A stretch of DNA of 42,016 nucleotides from Octopus sinensis (Eukaryota). Positions 23,102 through 37,171 of the stretch are shown here, piece by piece. The position numbers were made by a program, and so were the translations under genes. The stretch covers positions 1 to 42,016 of the forward strand of contig NW_021835217.1 in assembly GCF_006345805.1 (NCBI RefSeq). Direction: 5' to 3'. Within the stretch, counting starts at the first letter, position 1. Each line of letters begins with the position of its first letter. The notes under the pieces were generated by a model. That model was not told the DNA's origin and made no database searches. It worked only from the letters and a program-made list of their open reading frames with translations.

Positions 23102-23179
23102 GCGAAACATGCATCTGATTTAGAAGCCATTCGACAAGCTGGGCATGATGCTTTGGCTGTAGTTGTTGAAGAATATAAG
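23102..23179 (+). CDS. CCDC91: CCDC91 exon, AKHASDLEAIRQAGHDALAVVVEEYK
   Basis: Close match to the remembered vertebrate segment EKHKQELEDMRKAGHEALSIIVDEYK; tttcag acceptor, gtcagt donor, 78 nt. Confidence 0.92.
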
Positions 23180-25049
23180 GTCAGTTCCTTTCATTTACCT
23201 CTTTCAGAGCTTCCTCTTTTTTTTTTTTTTATCTTTGGTCCATATACCATTATATATACGAGCAGAAAAAACGCCCTCTGGGCGGTTTTCTGCTGGCATA
23301 TGTTTTGCACATATTGATATTATATATACATGTTAGATGTGACACATAAATTATAGAGTAAATTGACAATATGCTCATGAATTGAACAAAGACTCTGTTA
23401 TAGTTTATTCTGTAATCAGTAAAATAATCCATGATACATTTTAAAAAGACAATAATGAAAATAGGGAAAGTGTTTAGACTGTCAAGGGAAAATGTTTATG
23501 AATCTTCACTTGAGTGAATTTGAAAATAGATTCTCTGCTGGGAATTAATGAATTCCATTTACCAATATGAAGAGTTGAGTTTTGCTATTCTCTTGTTTCA
23601 TTATATTCACTTACAGACGTCCTAAGTGTTTCTAGTGTCCCTTTCCTAGCAATTAAAAATAAACTTAAATACATTTCAATTAAAAGAGAATAACGAATGT
23701 CTCACATCACTGTAAAATTTTTTTGCAGACACAACTGTCAGTAAATGGACCCCTTTTCATTTCTCTCAGTTAATATTTTTATATTCTCTTTTCTTGATGC
23801 TTTTCATAATGCAGGGTTTATGTCCTGCAACTTAGATCGATAGTAACAGGCTTGAAGAATCAGTAATGGAGATGCTATTATTGACTAAATCACTGCAAGG
23901 TGGTACCCCATCATGACTGCAGTCTAACACAATTTGAAAACCTTATTCTATAGATAGGGATTGTTGTTTTTTGCTTTATGTAATACAGTTAAAAATAATT
24001 AACTCACTTTTTTTTTTCACTTTATTACATTATTTATGAGCACAAAGAAAAAAACTATTTGTTTAAATATGGAATTCAAACAAAAGTGAATCTTGTAATA
24101 TTAAGCATTATAATTTATTTAATATACAAATAAACTTTATAGTTTAAAATTTTTTTTAATAACCGAGAGGCGGAGGGATAAACTGGACATTGTCCCACAT
24201 TTCTTCAATCATATTATAGATATATTTCTTATTTTTACATTTTAAAGAAATTGTTAAGATCATCATCATTTTAACATTTACTTTTCCATGCTTGAATGGG
24301 TTGGACGGGTTTTCTATGGTCAGAGTTGCCAAATCTTACCTCTTACAAAGTAAGGTAATATTTCCTCATAGCAAGACAGAAAATTGGAAGTAAAGGACAC
24401 CACTTTCATCACAATTGTTTACAACTATCTTGCAATGTCAAGGAAAGGTGACAGTAATACATACACACACACACGATGGGCTTCTTTCAGTTTCTATCTA
24501 CCTAATCCACTCACAAGGCTTTGGTTGTCCCAGAGCTATAGCTGAAGACACTTGCCCAAGGTGCCATGCAGTGGGACTGAACTGAAGACCATGTGGTTGA
24601 GAAACAAACTCCTTAACCACATAGCCATCTAGAAACAATTTTAATTATTGTGGACGTTTTCAAGACTTCCATGATTTTATGATCAGATGAACAGCATCCA
24701 GTAATGTGAATGTCTTTTTTATGGTTAATATCAAATCAAGAATCTGCTTCCTAACCAAGTTATCGCATTATAATGATTTCCAAATTCTTACAAGACCTTG
24801 TTACTTTATTGAATTATTGATGCTACATTTGATGGGGGAAAAGCAAACAGTTCGTTTCCCAGTTTCATTCGTTTGAGTTATTGAAATTGCTCGGGGAGCA
24901 ATGCAGTTGACCACAAACAATATAGATTTACTCTTTCAAGTCATCTCTCCGTCAAATTCTCTCAGTAGTAAATACTCAGTCTTGCTGTATTTGTAGGTCA
25001 ATAAAAGTACTTTCCTATGGAAGCATCTGGATTTTTTGAATTACCAGAT

Positions 25050-25450
25050 CATCATCGTTCAACGTCTGCTTTCCATGCTGGCATGGGTTGGACAGATTGA
25101 CTGAGGGCTGGTGAGCACCAGTCTCCAATCCAATCTGACAAAGTTTCTACAGCTGGATGCCCTTCCTAACGCCAACCACTCCATGAGTGTAATGGGTGCC
25201 TGTTACATGCCACTGGCATGAGGGTTAGTTAGGCAGTACTGGCATCAGCCATGCTCAAATGGTGCTTTTTACATGCCACTTGCACAGGAGCCAGTCTGGC
25301 GGCACTGGCAACAACCATGCTTGAATGGTGCTTTTTTATGTGCCACTGGCACGGGAGCCAGTCAACGGCCCTGGCAACGATCACGCTGAAATGGTGCTTT
25401 TAATGTTCCACTGGCACAGGTGCCAATCAGGCAGGACTCATCAGCCACGA
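25050..25450 (-). mobile_element. RTE 3' UTR with degenerate ~60-bp units and tail, reverse orientation
   Basis: atcatcatcgttcaacgtc...ctggatgcccttcctaacgccaaccact followed by repeated ggtgcttttta..tgccactg units. Confidence 0.8.
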
Positions 25451-26028
25451 CAGCAATTTCACTTGCCTCAACAGGTCTTCTTAAATGGGCAGATACTTAG
25501 TAATTTTCTTTTGTTACTTCTTATCATAGTAGAGGCTCCTGTAATTGTAATTCTCTGGAAGGATCTGTACTATAGTTGAGTTTCATCTGCATTGTAGACA
25601 CCCAGTGGTTGCCATTAAGAAGGGCATCCAGCTGTAGAAACCACACCAAAACAGACACTGGAGTTCTATGTGGTCCTTTGGTTTGTCAGCTCCTGTCAAA
25701 CCATCCAACCCATGCCAGCATGAAAAACAGATATTAAATGATGATGATTAGAGCTGTGGGTCTGTAGAATTTCAGGTAATACCATAGTAGTCCAGTTATT
25801 AATAATGGCTTATAAAAAGAATAAAAGACAATAGCAGACAAGGGGACACTAAAAGGGTTAAAGGAGGATAGTAAGTATTTGAACATACGGTGTGGTCAAA
25901 AAAACAAAAAACAAAAAGCAGATGTAAAAATTAATCAGATATGTATACCACAAATGAAGTTCTTATTGAAATTATATTTTTGTATTTTTAAAGAATCGTT
26001 TATGTTGGTATTTTGTTTGTTGTTGAAG

Positions 26029-26136
26029 AGTCTGTGTCGCACAGCTGTGTTGCAGCAACAAGAAGTAGCCGAATCACACTTGAAAGAGAAGTTAAAAAGT
26101 GAAGCTGATCAATACACTCAAATGTTGCAGGAACAG
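26029..26136 (+). CDS. CCDC91: CCDC91 exon, SLCRTAVLQQQEVAESHLKEKLKSEADQYTQMLQEQ
   Basis: 108 nt, gtgagt donor, G/T-rich AAG acceptor; 36 aa, the length of the remembered vertebrate segment. Confidence 0.85.
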
Positions 26137-26339
26137 GTGAGTTCTGTCTACCGATGCACATTGCTCTACACCACCAAATAATTGGGGTGGGGGTAATTGA
26201 TGGAGCAGTAAAAGGAAATGTCAAAAATCAAACTTTTATTTAAAAACTGGGTGTTTTTTTCATGCTGAATGGAGTTGTATTGTAGCTCTACCTTCCATCA
26301 AAATTAAATGCTTTAATCTTACCAGTGAGAAAAATATGT

Positions 26340-26496
26340 TTATATCTGGGTGTTAGGAAGGGCATCCAGCCATAGAAACCATGCCTCAACAGACAGCTGG
26401 ACTCTGGGCAGCTCCCTGCTAGCCAGCTCCATATCAAACTGTCCAACCCGTGCCAGCATGGAAAGCAGACATTAAACAATGATGATGATGATGATG
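26340..26496 (+). mobile_element. RTE 3' end with (GAT)n tail; more decayed + copies at about 25600-25750 and 26800-26890, minus copy at about 27345-27480
   Basis: ttaggaagggcatccagccatagaaac...gcatggaaagcagacattaaacaatgatgatg. Confidence 0.75.
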
Positions 26497-27164
26497 GTGT
26501 GTGTGTGAGAGAGAGAGAACACAGATATAGGAATATGTAATTATGTCTTTATGAATATGTAAATACTTGTAAAGAATTATGTAAATATGATTTATCATAT
26601 AAATAGAAAAATAGGACTTATGGTGGATTTGGTAGACAGAAGCAGAAAGAAGCTGATCGTGTGTCTGTGTTTACCATTGTCTAGACATTGTGTGATGGTG
26701 TACATGAGCATCACTGTCATACAAGCGAGGTTATTTCCACTTTTACCTGGAAAAAATGTTTAGCTTTGAAAATATTATGTTTGGAAACAGGTGAGGGTCG
26801 GCAAAAGGAAAGGGCATCCAACTGTAGAAAATCTGCCTCAACCAATTCCATCTGACCCATGCCAGCATGGGAAAGGGGACATTAAATAATGGTGGTGGTG
26901 ATAGACAGTGTGCTACTGAGCAGATCCTATCTCCCAAATTTCACTTAAAAGGCATTGTTCAACATGAGACTACGGTAAAAGACATAAGCCTTTGCTCATA
27001 ATTTATTCAGTTAAAAATCCAGGATGATGTGATTGTGGAACCACTTTGTAAACCTCACGGCCATGTCTGCACTTGAAAAGTTTAGGGTTTCTCTTCTTAG
27101 TTGCAGAACAATTTTGCATTTGAACTAAGTGACATAACAAGCAAATGATTTTCGTGTCTTCCAG

Positions 27165-27257
27165 CATGAACAGCTGTTTGATGTTCTCAAGAAAGAAAAA
27201 GAAGAAAATGAACACAGAATCAAAACTGCCCTCGAAGACCAGAAATCTGTGCAGCGG
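27165..27257 (+). CDS. CCDC91: CCDC91 exon, HEQLFDVLKKEKEENEHRIKTALEDQKSVQR
   Basis: tgtcttccag acceptor, gtaagt donor, 93 nt; resembles vertebrate HQRLLEMLDTEKELLKEKIKEAL. Confidence 0.9.
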
Positions 27258-27896
27258 GTAAGTTTTGAGGGGGGAGTTACTTGAGTTTCCCCAAATGAAA
27301 AGATTATGGTTTTGATCCTAGCTACCATCATCAACATTACCACATCATCATCATTTAACACACCCACTTTTCCATGCTTGCATGAGGCAAATGGGATTTG
27401 TTGAGACAAATTTTTTTTCTTCTGCTGGATGCCCTTCCTGTTGCCAACCCTTGCCGTTTCCAAGTAAGATAATATTTCCCTATAGCTAGACATGTTCTCA
27501 CAGAATATTTGAAATGAAGGACACTGTTTGTATGACAATGACAAGAAAGCAGTAACAATCACACACACACACACACACACACATAATGGGCTTCTTTCAG
27601 TTTCCATTTACCAAAGCCACTCAAAAAGCTTTGGTCAGACCAGCCCTACAGCAGAAAACACTTGCCCAAGGTGCCACACCACCACCTCATTATTTCTTAG
27701 TCCTGCTATCTTTGTCATAACCATAATCCTTGTTGACAGCATCATCATGACCATGATCAATATTCTGGGCCTGAATTATGTCAGCACTTTCACTTTGCTT
27801 TTATAACGCCCCCCCCCCTCCCACAACTTTTTTTTCTGTCTTTCTTTCATTCCATTCGTCCTCTACTGACAAAGTTTTACTTCTTTTTTTGTCCAG

Positions 27897-27965
27897 GATG
27901 AATTTGAAAAGTATTTCCACCAGGAACAAAACCGTTATCAGGAATCCTTACAGAAAGTCATGTCT
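27897..27965 (+). CDS. CCDC91: CCDC91 exon, DEFEKYFHQEQNRYQESLQKVMS
   Basis: Poly-T gtccag acceptor, gtaagt donor, 69 nt. Confidence 0.87.
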
Positions 27966-28013
27966 GTAAGTCTAATTATCACGTGTTCCTTTTGCTGAAA
28001 ATCTTTCAGTTGT

Positions 28014-28393
28014 ACAGTTCTCTATTTAAGAGATGAGGAATTATGTATTTACATTTGACATATATTTGTCGTCAACTTGTTTGTTGTTAACACGTTTCAG
28101 CTGATATACCCTTTAGCTCAGAAACTTTGGGGTTAGTAGCACTCTTAACCACTACTCCATATGCCTGTGGGTAATTCCAAGTTCGCTTCCAGGCAAAGAT
28201 TCCAAGTTCGATTCCAGGCAGTGCCCTGAATAATAATAATAATAATAACATCAAAAAATACCTTAGGAATGAAAACCCAGGTTCGAAATTTTCCCCCAAG
28301 ACACCTAATGAAGGCTGGAGGGTATATTAGCTGAAACGTGTTAACAACAAACAAGATGAGGACAAATATCTGTCAAATGTAAATAATGTAAAT
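28014..28393. mobile_element. Head-to-head composite of a tRNA-headed short retroelement with a hammerhead-like 3' part, inside a 14-bp TSD
   Basis: AATCTTTCAGTTGT at 28000-28013 and 28394-28407; 71-bp inverted arms (65/71); A-box-like TGGAGTAGTGG on minus (28149-28159); B-box GTTCGATTCC on plus (28206-28215). Confidence 0.8.
28300..28342 (+). ncRNA. Degenerate minimal type-I hammerhead-ribozyme-like motif, probably inactive
   Basis: GACAC-CTAATGA-A-GGCTG-(10 nt)-TAGCT-GAAAC-GTGTT. The core differs from CUGAUGA at G5 and there is no clean stem III/NUH. Confidence 0.45.
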
Positions 28394-28806
28394 AATCTTT
28401 CAGTTGTTTCCACCTTTCTCACTGTTGGACTAAGAACTCTTCATTTTGCTGTTATTTGTCTTTCAAATATGCAAGGTCATTGTAATAAGCAAAAACTGTT
28501 CAAGTAAGGGTCTGTATAATTTTGTACAAAAGCATATCTGCTACAAACATGCAATGTCTACAAACCACTGAAAGAAAATATAAACTAAACATATTACTTT
28601 TGTTGTTTATCCACAGATCAGCTTTGATCAGTCAAACCATAATCAATGTTAGGTGTTGGTTATAGATTAAAATTACAAGTCACTACACAAATTTTATCTT
28701 ATTTTCTTTATTTTTGCTAATTTTTGAAAATTTATTTATTTTAATGATTTACACTTTGTGAAAAAAAGACCCCAAAAATAATTTGCTTTGTTTTTTTTTG
28801 TCATAG

Positions 28807-28893
28807 GAAGAACAAACTCTGCATCAAAGAGCTCTTGATGAAGCACTTCACCAACAACAGCTGGAATCCCAGAAGAAATTTAAAGAAGAAATG
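28807..28893 (+). CDS. CCDC91: CCDC91 exon (last seen), EEQTLHQRALDEALHQQQLESQKKFKEEM
   Basis: Poly-T gtcatag acceptor, gtaagt donor, 87 nt, no stop; the gene probably continues beyond the window. Confidence 0.85.
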
Positions 28894-29010
28894 GTAAGTT
28901 TTATATATTTTTTTGAAGTCTGAATTCCATTTCTTGCAGTGGAAGCAGAAGGGATGTAAAAATTGGTTTCGTATACTCTTAAAAAAGAAATATTACTTAA
29001 GCCCTTGGGA

Positions 29011-29335
29011 AGATGCATGGCTCAGTGGTTAGAGCGTTGAGCTCACAATCATGAGGTAGTGAGTTTGGTTCCCAGACTGGGCTGTGTGTTACGTTCTTGA
29101 GCAAGACACTCTATTTCATGTTGCTCTAGTTTGCTGAACTGTAGAAATGAGTTGCAATGTCACTGGTGCCAAACTTTATTGGCCCCTTTGCCTTTCCTTT
29201 GGATAACATTGGTGGCATGGAAAGTTGCATTGGCAACTACTGGTCTTTCATAAACAAACTTGCCTGGACTTGTACCTCAGAAGGTAACTTTCTAGGTGCA
29301 ATCTCATAGTCATTCACAACCAAAGGGCTCTTTAC
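29011..29335 (+). mobile_element. tRNA-derived SINE, second family; relatives at about 13510-13740 (+) and 21560-21840 (-)
   Basis: TGGCTCAGTGG A box at 29018-29028, decayed B box, ttcttgagcaagacact core. Confidence 0.65.
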
Positions 29336-30634
29336 TCAAACCCTTGGCCCCCTATAGAGCAGAGGCCATCAATGGTTTTCTTCCATTGTTCTTAAATCTG
29401 GGCTGTTCTCTTGGTGATCAGAAGAGGAGTTAGCATTGCAGTTTCCTTTGAGGTTTTGCTGCAGCATGTCCCTGAAGAAAAGCTTTTTTCTCCCAGCTCT
29501 TATTGGTTTTGAACTGTCAACAGTGCTTCTCTAACTTGTCTTTTTTCTAGACAAAGGGGATGACTCCATGCAAACCCATTTCCACTTCTGAGAAGAAGTG
29601 GTCCATATTAGTCTGGCCCCTGTCCAACATAAGAGGGGCCCTTACGGGAGGTTGCACTCCATTGACATAGCTCTTAGTCACTGAAGAATGCAAACCACCA
29701 CATCACAACAAGGACTAGACCTTGTGCTGGAAGGAAGAACCATTATTCAAATGTAAAATATTTTTAGGCAGCAAGCTGGTGGAATTGTTATTGTGCTGGA
29801 CAAAATGCTTAGCAGTATTTCATCTGTCTTTACATTCTCGGTTCAAATTCCACCAAGGTCAACTTCCATCCTTCAGAGTCAATAAAATAAGCACCAATTG
29901 AACATTGGGTCATTGTAATCGATGTAATTACTCCTGGATATGAGAATAAAAACTGCACCTCTCTGCCAGGCCATGTTGAACCAGTGTGGCAGAATAGGCT
30001 CACCAAACCAGTATGATCTCAAGCTCAAACTTGCAACCTCCACATCAGACCGCAGTTGGTGGACAGAACATGTTCAATCCAATCCAAAATGATTTTACTC
30101 ATATATATATACAATGTAGAAAACAAATGCAGCACCATAATATCCTATTACTTCTTAGGCTTCACTAGTGACAAATACACTGTAGAGATTTGCAGTTGTA
30201 TGTATGTGTTTATATGTCCATGCATACATATATGTATATCATCATTATTTTACATATGCTTTCCAAACTAACATTGGCTGGACAAGTCATCATGGTCCGG
30301 GTCAGTACTTATTTGAAGTTAGTGTCCTTGTAGATGGGTTGAAGTCATACATTTCATTTTTGACTTGGTTTCAACAGCTGGATGATCTTCCTAACTCCAA
30401 CCACTTTACAGTGTGTCCTGAATATATTTTGTTATGAGAGAGGTTGTTATGTAGACAAGACTAAAGGCTCCTCTCACCCCTATGATCTCTACTTGATTGG
30501 GAACTACTTTATACATTAACTAGGCATGGCTATATGAAGTTTGCTTCTCAACCATGTGGTTTTGGGTTCAGTCTTCTATTACAGCTCTGAACTATACACA
30601 CACACACACCACACACACACCACACACATACATA

Positions 30635-31935
<1,301 letters not shown>

Positions 31936-32082
31936 ACAGAGAGAAAAGGAGCAGATAAGAGAGGATTGAAAACAACAAGCTGGTTCCTCCAGCATTCTTA
32001 TGAATATTGGTTTATACAGTGTACATAAGTATGTGATTTATTTTAAAGAAAACTATTCACATAATCTGAAAAAAAAAAATAT

Positions 32083-32236
32083 ATCATCATCATCATCATC
32101 ATCATCATCGTTTAACGTCCGCTTTCCATGCTAGCATGGGTTGGACGGTTCAACTGGGGTCTGGCAAGCCCGAAGGCTGCACCAGGCCAGTCAGATCTGG
32201 CAGTGTTTCTACAGCTGGATGCCCTTCCTAACGCCA
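32083..32236 (-). mobile_element. Young RTE 3' end, reverse orientation
   Basis: (ATC)n then cgtttaacgtccgctttccatgctagc...; differs from the revcomp of about 38399-38541 at only about 2 positions. Confidence 0.9.
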
Positions 32237-32271
32237 TATATGTATATATATATATATGTATATGTATATAT

Positions 32272-33463
32272 ATATGTGGCAGATGCTCAGGAGCAATAAA
32301 CACTGAAAATGCTCTGAGATCAACTTCTGCCACATTCCAGGGAGAAAAACTAGAAATAGTTGATAGGTTCCGTTACCTAGGTGACCAAGTCAGTAGCGAG
32401 GGCGGGTGTGCTGAAAGTGTAACTGCTAGAGTAAGAATAGTTTGGGCAAAGTTCAGAGAGCTCTTACCCCTGCTGGTGACAAAAGGCCTCTCGCTCAGAG
32501 TAAAAGGCAGACTGTATGACGCGTGTGTACGAACAGCCATGCTACATGGCAGTGAAACATGGGCCATGACTGCTGAGGATATGCGTAAGCTCGCAAGAAA
32601 TGAAGCCAGTATGCTCCGATGAATGTATAATGTCAGTGTTCATAGTCGGCAGAGTGTAAGTACCTTGAGAGAAAAGCTGGACCTAAGAAGCATCAGTTGT
32701 GGTGTGCAAGAGAAACTTTTGCGCTGGTATGGTCATGTGACGAGAATGGATGAAGATAGTTGTGTGAAAAAGTGCCATACCTTAGCGGTTGAGGGAACCT
32801 GTGGAAGAGGTAGGGATGAGTTGGTGAAGCACGACCTTCGAACTTTAGGTCTCACTGAGGAAATGACTAGAGACCGAAACCTTTGGAAGTGTACTGTGCG
32901 TGAGAAGACCCGGCAGGACAAGTGAGGCCATAATACGTGGCCTCTACCTGGGACGTAGTCAGTCCACCTTTGCATACCTTCCTTCTTGGGACACAAAATT
33001 CTACTTGTGAAGACCTGTAGAGGCAGGTGAAAATCAAAATCGAAATCGATCAACATCAATGGAATTCGTATTTGTGATACCAGTGCTGGTGGCACGTAAG
33101 AGAACCATCCAAATATGGCCGTAGCCAGTGCCGCATCGACTGGCCTCTGTGCCGGTGGCACGTAACAAACAACATCCGATCATGGCCATTGCCAGCCTCG
33201 CCTGGCCTCCGTGCCGGTGGCACATAAAAAGCTCCATCCGAGCGTGGCCGTTTGCCACACTAGTCTGGCACCTGTGCTAGTGGGATGTAAAAAGCACCCA
33301 CTACACTCACGGAGTGGTTGGCGTTAGGAAGGGCAACCAGCTGTAGAAACACTACCAGATCTGACTGGGCCTGGTGCAGCCTTTGGGCTTCCCAGACCCC
33401 AGTTGAACCATCCAACCCATGCTAACATGGAAAACGGACGTTAAACGATGATGATGATGATGT
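32272..33463 (+). mobile_element. 5'-truncated RTE LINE: RT C-terminus, 3' UTR, (GAT)n tail
   Basis: ICGRCSG...EKLEIVDRFRYLG...LYDACVRTAMLHGSETW...LRWYGHVTRM...VEGTCGRGR. Confidence 0.92.
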
Positions 33464-33562
33464 ATGTAGATATATGTATATATATGTATGTATATATATA
33501 TAATATATATATATATATATGTATATATATGTATATATATATGTATATATATATATATGTAT

Positions 33563-36500
33563 ATAACTTAGAATAACTTAGAAAGGTTTTGGCCAGTATT
33601 GGCCCAGGCCATGTCTAACTTAATAGCACCACCTGGCGAAGTCTTTCAGTTCAGGATTTGGGCACCAAGGCCCATTCGAGCAGAGAGTTATTGTTTGCGG
33701 AGACATATCCGGGTGTGGGTGGTTTGTCCGGTACTGTTTGAAGGAATTTGTCCAAAGACTTCTTGAATTTTGTGTGGTCAGTTTCTCTTTTGACGTGTCC
33801 TGGTGTAACGTTGAAGAGAGCAGGTCCAATTGAGGTGAAATAGTTGTGCCGTATTGTCGTTATGTGATGCGATTTAGATTTTTGTTGTGGACGGATGGCA
33901 CGTGGTCCAAGCCTTGGATGCATTTTGAAGGTGATGCCAACATCATTCGGACAGTGCTGATGGAATATTTTCCACATCATACAGATAATGTAGCGTTCAC
34001 GGCGTCGTTGGAGTGAATACAATTTCAGCTTCTCTAGTCTACCCCAGTAGTCAAGGTCTGACATGCCATCTATTTTTTTGTGATTGACCTTTGGGGAGCT
34101 TCAATTCTCATAATATTTTGTTGTTTGTGTAGGGAGACCACAGTGGACAGCAGTATTCAAGGTGGGGTCGGGCAAAAAGTGGAGAAGAGAAGGATAATAG
34201 CGTGGGAATCTCTCGACTGGAAGGTTCTGAGAATCCAGGAACACATTCTGCGGGCCATGTCAACTTTGCTGCTTATATGTGTAGCCCAGCTTATGTTGTT
34301 GTCCACTGTTACTTCCAGGTCTCTGATGTTGTTGGATGCCATGAGAATTTCTCCAGAAGGAAGAGAGTATGGGAGTTTCAGAGCGTCCTCCCTTCCAAAG
34401 TGGATCAGTTCGAATTTGTCTTCATTTAGCAACATGTTATTCTTTTCCGCCCATTGGACAACAGCCAGTAGGTCTGACTGAAGGTTTATTCGGTCATCCA
34501 CGCCATTGATGACCTTCTGGAGCTTGGAATCATCAGCGAAGGTTCTGATGTTACTGTGTTTGATGGTGTCAGTAATATAATTTATGTAGATGATGAAGAG
34601 AAGTGGGCCCAACACAGTGCCTTGTGGGACACCACTGCTGACTTTGGCTGGGCTGGATTTGACTCCTTCGACTACAACATGTTGGGTTCTGTTAGACAGG
34701 AAGCACTTGATCCACTGCAGCAGCTTTCCAGTGACACCAATATTGGACAGCTTTCTCAGAAGGATCTTATGATCAACCCTGTCAAAGGCCTTGCTGAAAT
34801 CAAGGTAGATGACATCAGTGTTGGAACCTTCTCCCAAGGCTCTCAAAATGTCATCAAAATGATGCAGTAGCTGTGTCAGGCAATCCCTCCCATTACGGAA
34901 TCCATGCTGGTTGGAGTTCAGCATATGACTCTCAAGGAAGTGAGTCATACGCGATCTCAGCACCCTCTCAAATACCTTGATGATATGAGAGGTGAGTGAG
35001 ATTGGACGGTAATTCACGGCAAGCGATTTGTTTCCTTTTTTGAAAACTGGGACAACAGACTGGGATAGAAGGTCTTCTGGTATATATCCAGCATCCAGTG
35101 AGTTCCGCCACAGATTGGCTAGAGGGGGTGCAAGTTGGTTTTGACACATCTTCAAGACACAAGCAGGGAACCTATCGGGACCTACTGCTGAATTATGCTT
35201 CATTTCCTTTATTGCTGCTAAGACATCAGGAGCGCCAAATGTTATGTCCGATAAAGTGTATTGGGGAGTAACATCACTGATACAACCCAGATCAGTCATA
35301 TCAGGATTGCTGAAAACAGAGCAATATTGTTTCTGCAATATCTCTCCCATGGTTTTGGCATTGTCTTGAAGAGTACCATTTTCATCAGTCAGAGGGCCAA
35401 CAGTAGAACCAGTGACTCTGTGTTTTTTTGCAAATGAAAAGAACACTTTGGGATTGAGTTTGATCTTCTCAATGGCCCAGGCCTCTTCAGCTCTTCGCTG
35501 ACTTGATGATAGACATCATGTTGTTTTGGAGTTTATGTTTTTTAATCTCTAGCGACGAGATGGCAGTCAGGTTGGTGTGTTGCTGTTGACAGTATTTCAG
35601 CATGTTGATCTTTTTGTTGATTCTTTTAATTTTCCTTATGAGAGATTTTCTATTTCTAGGGATTCGACACTTAGATTTGTTTGCAGATCTTAATGGGGTG
35701 TGTCTTGCACATATGTTCGTGATGGTGTCTACAAGTGACTGCCAGGACTTTTTGATGTTAGTGGGTGTGTATGTGTGCGTGAAGGACCAATCGACTTGTG
35801 CAAGATCATTATTGATCGCTTCCCAGTTTGCATTGTGGAAATCCATAGTGTCAAATGGATGAACAGGAGGGATGACATTTGTTTTGTATTTTGGCCAGTG
35901 AAATCTCAGATCACAGAGAACCATGTCATGGTCGGAGTGTAGGGTTTTCTCCACTGCAATATTGTGGATAGTATCAGTGTGATTGCTGAAAACTAAGTCT
36001 AAGACGTTTTTGTGACAAGAAGAAGTCATCCATGAAGTCAAGAAGCGATTCCACTGCCTCCCTGTCAGGGGTTGAGAGAGAAGAACCTGGCGGCAGACTG
36101 TTTGTAGACCAGTCAACCCCGGGAAGGTTGAAGTCTCCCATCATTAAAATGTTGTCAGGTTGACGCTGCTGAATGAAACACTTTATGCTGTTGAGGCATT
36201 CCTTGAAGCATGGTAGGGGTGTTTGGGGTGGTCTGTAGAGCCCAACTACTGTTAAGTTGTTGGTTTGACTGAATACAGCGACTGCTTCGCAGTATCCATT
36301 TGAAAATATGTTCATGGCTTCTGTTGAGAATGAATCATGGACATAAATGGCAGTCCCACCCTTTCTTCTGCCAGCACGATCAGCACGAATGGTTTTGAAA
36401 TTTTTAACTTTCACCTCGGCTTCCAAGTGGAGGTCACTAAGATGGGTTTCAGTGAGGACGAAGAAAGGGATGTGGTTTGGATGGGCCTCGACCCAGTCCT

Positions 36501-36620
36501 CCAGGAATCTTATCTTCCATTTTTGTGTATTGGTGGAAGGGCTGATGCCTTGGGCATTAAGCAGAAATGTTGAGGCGAGAGTGGATGGTTTTAATTGTTT
36601 TGGTGATTTGTTTATTTGAT
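33563..36620 (-). mobile_element. CR1/L2-group LINE, ORF2 nearly complete with about 3-4 lesions, no ORF1, (TCTAAGTTAT)n tail
   Basis: FLLNAQGI, FFVLTETHL, LMMGDFNLP, LHSDHDMV, NYRPISLTSH, YLDFSKAFDRVDH, GVPQGTVLGPLLF, FADD, KLYSLQRRRERY. Confidence 0.93.
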
Positions 36621-36712
36621 TGCTTATATATATGATTGCTATATATATTTGATTGCTATATATATGTATATATATATATGTATGTATATATATATATGTA
36701 TATATATGTATG

Positions 36713-36745
<33 letters not shown>

Positions 36746-36815
36746 ATATATGTATATATATATATGTATATATATATATTATATATATATATGTATTATA
36801 TATATGTATGTATAT

Positions 36816-36893
<78 letters not shown>

Positions 36894-36920
36894 TATGTAT
36901 ATATATATGTATATAGTATG

Positions 36921-36971
<51 letters not shown>

Positions 36972-37171
36972 GTATGTTAGTAATATATATTATGTATTAT
37001 ATATATGTTATAATATATATAATAGTATATATATATGTATATATATATGTATATATATATGTATATATATATGTATATATATATATATGTATATATATAT
37101 GTATATATATATATATGTATATATATATATGTATATATATATAATTATGTATATAATATGTTATATATATA
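36621..37171. repeat. (TA)n/(TATG)n microsatellite
   Basis: Read directly. Confidence 0.97.

Noticed and set aside
26026-26030. Tandem acceptor AAG/AG before the 108-nt exon
   Set aside because: The downstream AG would shift the frame by 2 nt; only the upstream site keeps the CCDC91 frame, and there is no evidence of use.
29011-29090. Possible tRNA genes at SINE heads (also 10290-10367 and 28149-28215)
   Set aside because: No complete cloverleaf; they continue into SINE bodies present in several decayed copies.
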